Source of the DNA: Candidatus Velthaea sp.
Lineage (GTDB): Bacteria; Vulcanimicrobiota; Vulcanimicrobiia; Vulcanimicrobiales; Vulcanimicrobiaceae
Assembly (NCBI GenBank): GCA_050012475.1
Contig: JBEKHC010000093.1
Span: 1 to 19,603, forward strand
Direction: 5' to 3'
DNA length: 19,603 nt
Of the stretch, positions 16,580 through 19,603 are shown in pieces. A program made the translations under genes and the position numbers. Each line of letters begins with the position of its first letter. The first letter of the stretch is position 1. The notes beneath the pieces are model-generated. The model had not been told where the DNA came from. It saw only the letters and a list, made by a program, of their open reading frames with translations, and did no database searches.

Positions 16580-17374
16580 TTAGGTCGTCGACTTCCCGAC
16601 GGTGGTAATGGCGGCACCGACCTCGGTGTCTTGGGTCTGGATCATTTTCTGATTGGCGTCGAACCAGCGCTCGTTGGCGATCAGCGAGACCATCGACGAG
16701 ATCACGTCCGCGTTGCTCTTTTCTTGCGCGCCCTGCAAGACGGTCGTTGCCGTCGCCGTCGTGGGCGCGGCCCCGGAGTTGACGAATTTGTTGGCGCCTT
16801 CGGGACGCATGGCCGCAAGGTTCGCGAATTCGACGACGCCGAGCTGTCCGACGACGCTGCCGTTGGACGTGACGCTGCCGGTCCGGTCGATTTGAATGTC
16901 GCCTTTTTGGGCGACGACGATCGCCTTGCGGTCGGTGCCCAAGACGGTGTCGCCGGTCGCGGTGACGAGCGCGCCTTGCGCGTTGGTGGTCAAGGATCCG
17001 CCGCGCGCGTAGGCCGTTGCGCCGGTACTATCTTGCACGGTCAGGAAGCCCGGGCCGCTCAAGGCGACGTCGAGCGGGTTCCCCGTCTGCGCAATCGCGC
17101 CTTGGTCGAAGACCGTCGGCGTGTCGTAGATCTGCGCGCCGAAGCCCAGATCGCCGACGAGCGCGTGCGTCGCGACGCCGCGCGTGCGGCCGTCGGAGCT
17201 GGGTCCGGGATCGATCCCGTCGCGGTAAATCGTGGTTTTGGGCGCCGCTTCGACCTGCATGAGGGCGCGCTTGAAGCCCGTCGTATTGACGTTGGCAAGA
17301 TTATTTGCAATGACGTCCACGTTGGCTTGCGCGACGACCGCACCGCTTGCGGCCGTGTAGAGTCCACGGACCAA
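16580..17374 (-). CDS. flgF: Rod protein FlgF (FlhO-like)
   Basis: TTG start at 17374 with SD GGAGGA; RGLYTAASG...ANNLANVNTTGFK, TGNPLDVALSGPGF, EKSNAD; upstream of flgG. Confidence 0.88.
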   Translation of the reverse strand: MVRGLYTAASGAVVAQANVDVIANNLANVNTTGFKRALMQVEAAPKTTIYRDGIDPGPSSDGRTRGVATHALVGDLGFGAQIYDTPTVFDQGAIAQTGNPLDVALSGPGFLTVQDSTGATAYARGGSLTTNAQGALVTATGDTVLGTDRKAIVVAQKGDIQIDRTGSVTSNGSVVGQLGVVEFANLAAMRPEGANKFVNSGAAPTTATATTVLQGAQEKSNADVISSMVSLIANERWFDANQKMIQTQDTEVGAAITTVGKSTT

Positions 17375-17389
17375 AATCGTTCCTCCGCA

Positions 17390-17484
17390 CAGTGGTCGCT
17401 GCATTCAGCGGCGACGCGTCTCACCTTCAATCGATCCGGAGAGACTGCGGCTCACCCGTGCGAGGGTGTCCAGCCGCATCACTG
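17390..17484 (-). ncRNA. Candidate cis-regulatory structured RNA (four-way junction) in the flgF leader
   Basis: Closing stem CAGTG/CACTG encloses three adjacent hairpins (17478-17446, 17445-17418, 17415-17395) and ends 3 nt before the SD. Folded by eye only. Confidence 0.5.
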
Positions 17485-17487
17485 AGG

Positions 17488-17514
17488 TCATCGGCAATGC
17501 GAGCGCAAAGTTTA
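17488..17514 (-). promoter_or_regulatory. sigma28-type promoter upstream of flgF
   Basis: TAAA-N15-GCCGATGA, a near-perfect consensus match. Confidence 0.85.
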
Positions 17515-17874
17515 GATGCCTGGACGCTTCTCCCACAGCCGCTCGGCAATCTGGCCGAGTTCATCGCCCAGCGCAACCGCGTCGGCCTCGCGGCGTTGCG
17601 GATTGACCACCGGCAGCGCGTCGACGATCGCGGTCAAGGCCGGGTCGAGATCACTTGCTGCGAGACGTGCGCCCGGCATTGGCGGCGCGCCCACGAGCAT
17701 CTCGAAGAGCGTCGCGCCCAGCGCGTAACAATCCGACGCCGCCGACCAGAGCCCACGCTGCCCTTGTTCGGGTGCCACGTAGCAGACGGTGCCCACGAAC
17801 GCACCGTCGGCGGTGAGCTGCGCGGCCAAACCGTCGGGCGGTGTACCCGGCGAAATCGGCCTCTCACGGCGCAC
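17512..17874 (-). pseudogene. Truncated Hanks-type Ser/Thr protein kinase (C-lobe only)
   Basis: LTADGAFVGTVCYVAPEQ (subdomain VIII), SDCYALGATLFEMLVGAPP (IX) and NPQRR (XI) are present. No N-lobe, no intact HRD or DFG, and no clear SD. Confidence 0.75.
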
Positions 17875-17898
17875 GATGGGCCGCCGGACGGTCGCGGA

Positions 17899-18285
17899 TC
17901 AGACCGACATGCGCTCGACTTCGCTGTAGGCATCGAGCAGTTTGGTCCGGATCGCCATCGTGTATTGCAGCGCCAGATTCGCTTCCTCGACCGACGTCAC
18001 GACTTTGTTCACGTCGTTGGTCTTGCCGCTGGCGAGATCGCGGGTGTTTTGATCGCTGGTATTGATCGAATCGTTGACGTCGGACAGCAGCTGCTTGACG
18101 GTATCCTTGAAGCTCGTCCCGCTGCCGGCCGCCGAAACGGCGCCAGCGCCGGACCCGGTTGCGACAGTGTCGGCGGGCGTATTGGCCAGACCCGGAATCG
18201 GCGAGATCGAGGGCGCCTGCGACGCGCTCATGTCAGGCGCAAACGTGCCGGGGATGACCTTGGCCATGATGCTTGCGATATCCAT
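17899..18285 (-). CDS. fliE: Hook-basal body protein FliE
   Basis: SFKDTVKQLLSDVN...ANLALQYTMAIRTKLLDAYSEVERMSV; overlaps the flgC stop (TAATG). Confidence 0.95.
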   Translation of the reverse strand: MDIASIMAKVIPGTFAPDMSASQAPSISPIPGLANTPADTVATGSGAGAVSAAGSGTSFKDTVKQLLSDVNDSINTSDQNTRDLASGKTNDVNKVVTSVEEANLALQYTMAIRTKLLDAYSEVERMSV

Positions 18286-18719
18286 TACGCGCGCAGAATC
18301 CCCATCGCCGCGGAGTCCATCGTGCGCGATTCACTGATCGCGGTAACGTTGGCTTCGTAGGCCCGCGAAGCGGCCATCATGTCGACCATTTCTTTGACGA
18401 CTTCGATATTGGGCATGTGCACGTAGCCCTGCGGGTCGGCGTCGGGATGCGAGGGGTCGTAGACGAGCTTGTCGGGACTGGTATCGTTGACGATTCCGAC
18501 CGCCGCAACGCCGGCCTGCGACGCCGCGCTGCCATCGAGCGAATCCGTTTGCGCCGCTTCTTGCTTCTGCGCGAAGACGACGAGCTGCCGTTTGAACGGG
18601 CCGCCTTCGGGTGTGCGCGTCGTGTTGACGTTGGCGAGGTTGTTGGCGATGACGTCCATGGCCAGCCGTTCGGCCGAGAGTCCGGAGGCCGAAACCTCGA
18701 TCGAGGAATAGAGTCCCAC
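18285..18719 (-). CDS. flgC: Proximal rod protein FlgC
   Basis: SASGLSAERLAMDVIANNLANVNTTRTPEGGPFKR, YDPSHPDADPQGYV, EMVDMMAASRAYEAN. Confidence 0.97.
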   Translation of the reverse strand: MGLYSSIEVSASGLSAERLAMDVIANNLANVNTTRTPEGGPFKRQLVVFAQKQEAAQTDSLDGSAASQAGVAAVGIVNDTSPDKLVYDPSHPDADPQGYVHMPNIEVVKEMVDMMAASRAYEANVTAISESRTMDSAAMGILRA

Positions 18720-18721
18720 GA

Positions 18722-19147
18722 TTATGCATGCTCCTGAATCGCGTCTTTGATGCGCGTGAACGAATTCGTCATCAGCTGGGCCATGCGTTGCGCGTACGAC
18801 GAATTGAGCGAGAGCTTGGCCATCTCTTGATCGATGTCCACGTTGCTCCCGTCGACGCGCATTTGTTCGGAATCGTCAACGGTGGTGGTGATCGAGAACG
18901 GCTCGCCGGCCGCCGGACCGCCGACTGCGATCTGGCGCGGGTCGTTGGTTTCCATGGCGAAAGCCTCGGGATCGCCGAGCGTCGCTTCGCTTTGCGCGAG
19001 GGCGTCTTTGAATGAAACGTCGGTGCGGTGGAAGTTCGGGGTGGCGACGTTGGCGATGTTGTTGGCGATCGCGGCGTGCGCCTCGGTCGATCCGCTCATC
19101 GCGTTTTCGAGCATACCGATCGTCTGGCCGAAGCTAATTCCACTCAT
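18722..19147 (-). CDS. flgB: Proximal rod protein FlgB
   Basis: IANNIANVATPNFHRTDVSF, RVDGSNVDIDQEMAKL. ATG 19147 chosen because the track's GTG 19165 lies inside the promoter. Confidence 0.95.
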   Translation of the reverse strand: MSGISFGQTIGMLENAMSGSTEAHAAIANNIANVATPNFHRTDVSFKDALAQSEATLGDPEAFAMETNDPRQIAVGGPAAGEPFSITTTVDDSEQMRVDGSNVDIDQEMAKLSLNSSYAQRMAQLMTNSFTRIKDAIQEHA

Positions 19148-19155
19148 CCCTTGGT

Positions 19156-19183
19156 GGTTCGGCACGAACCAAAGCGAACTTTA
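19156..19183 (-). promoter_or_regulatory. sigma28-type promoter upstream of flgB
   Basis: TAAA(GTT)-N16-GCCGAACC, ending 8 nt before the flgB ATG. Confidence 0.65.
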
Positions 19184-19251
19184 GGACGGTCGTAGGGACG
19201 ATCGAGAGACGCGATGCAACGCCGGCTCGCCTTCTGTGTTTCCGCAGCCGG

Positions 19252-19603
19252 TCAAACCTTCTCGATGAACACCGTCGTCGTGCTGCCGATGGGGACGAGA
19301 AGACCGCTGAAGGGCGACGAAGGTCAAGAAATTACCGGGAGAACTCTGGTTCACCGCGGCCGCGCCGGCCGAACTTCCGTGGACGAACATCGCGTAGGAG
19401 TCGCCCACGTTGAAGAAGCTGCTCTCGACTTGCACCTGTCCGCCGCCGTTGAACTGGACCGAGGCCCCGGTGCTGCCGGGGGAATCGATGAATTGGAACG
19501 TCAGTTCGAGCACGTCTTGCCCGGCTGGCAGCGGTGCCGTATCGATGAGCGCATTCTCGGTCACGTTGACGAGCGTGCCGACCGAGTTGCTCGACGGGTA
19601 CCC
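19252..19603 (-). CDS. 3' end of an unknown Ser/Thr/Gly-rich protein with an apparent frameshift near 19318
   Basis: Open frame from the window edge (GYPSSNSVGTLVNVTENALIDT...NFLTF) with G/C-ending codons. That codon pattern continues in a shifted frame (SPFSGLLVPIGSTTTVFIEKV, TGA at 19254-19252). Confidence 0.6.

Noticed and set aside
17390..17484. Reading the flgF leader as a tRNA, c-di-GMP, NiCo or yybP-ykoY element
   Set aside because: No T-loop or D-loop consensus, and the characteristic motifs of those riboswitches are missing; only a GGTGAGAC fragment recalls yybP.

Overview
High-GC bacterial DNA holding one flagellar gene cluster, entirely on the minus strand. Read right to left: the frameshifted 3' end of an unknown gene; flgB-flgC-fliE; a truncated Ser/Thr-kinase C-lobe ORF; flgF-flgG-flgA-flgH-flgI-flgJ(rod-binding domain only)-flgN-flgK-flgL-fliW-csrA; three tandem, highly similar flagellin genes whose start codons are exactly 1509 bp apart, each with its own sigma28-type promoter, conserved structured leader and terminator; a GT2+TPR glycosyltransferase; and the 5' part of fliD. 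P/L-ring genes (diderm envelope) together with a Firmicutes-like FliW/CsrA module suggest a diderm Terrabacteria-type organism, tentatively Eremiobacterota-like (inference only). The most unusual signals are non-coding: a ~95-nt four-way-junction RNA candidate in the flgF leader, a covarying two-hairpin leader shared by all three flagellins, and sigma28-type promoters in front of early basal-body genes with no flgM in the window. All calls come from reading motifs by eye; no database searches or folding programs were run.
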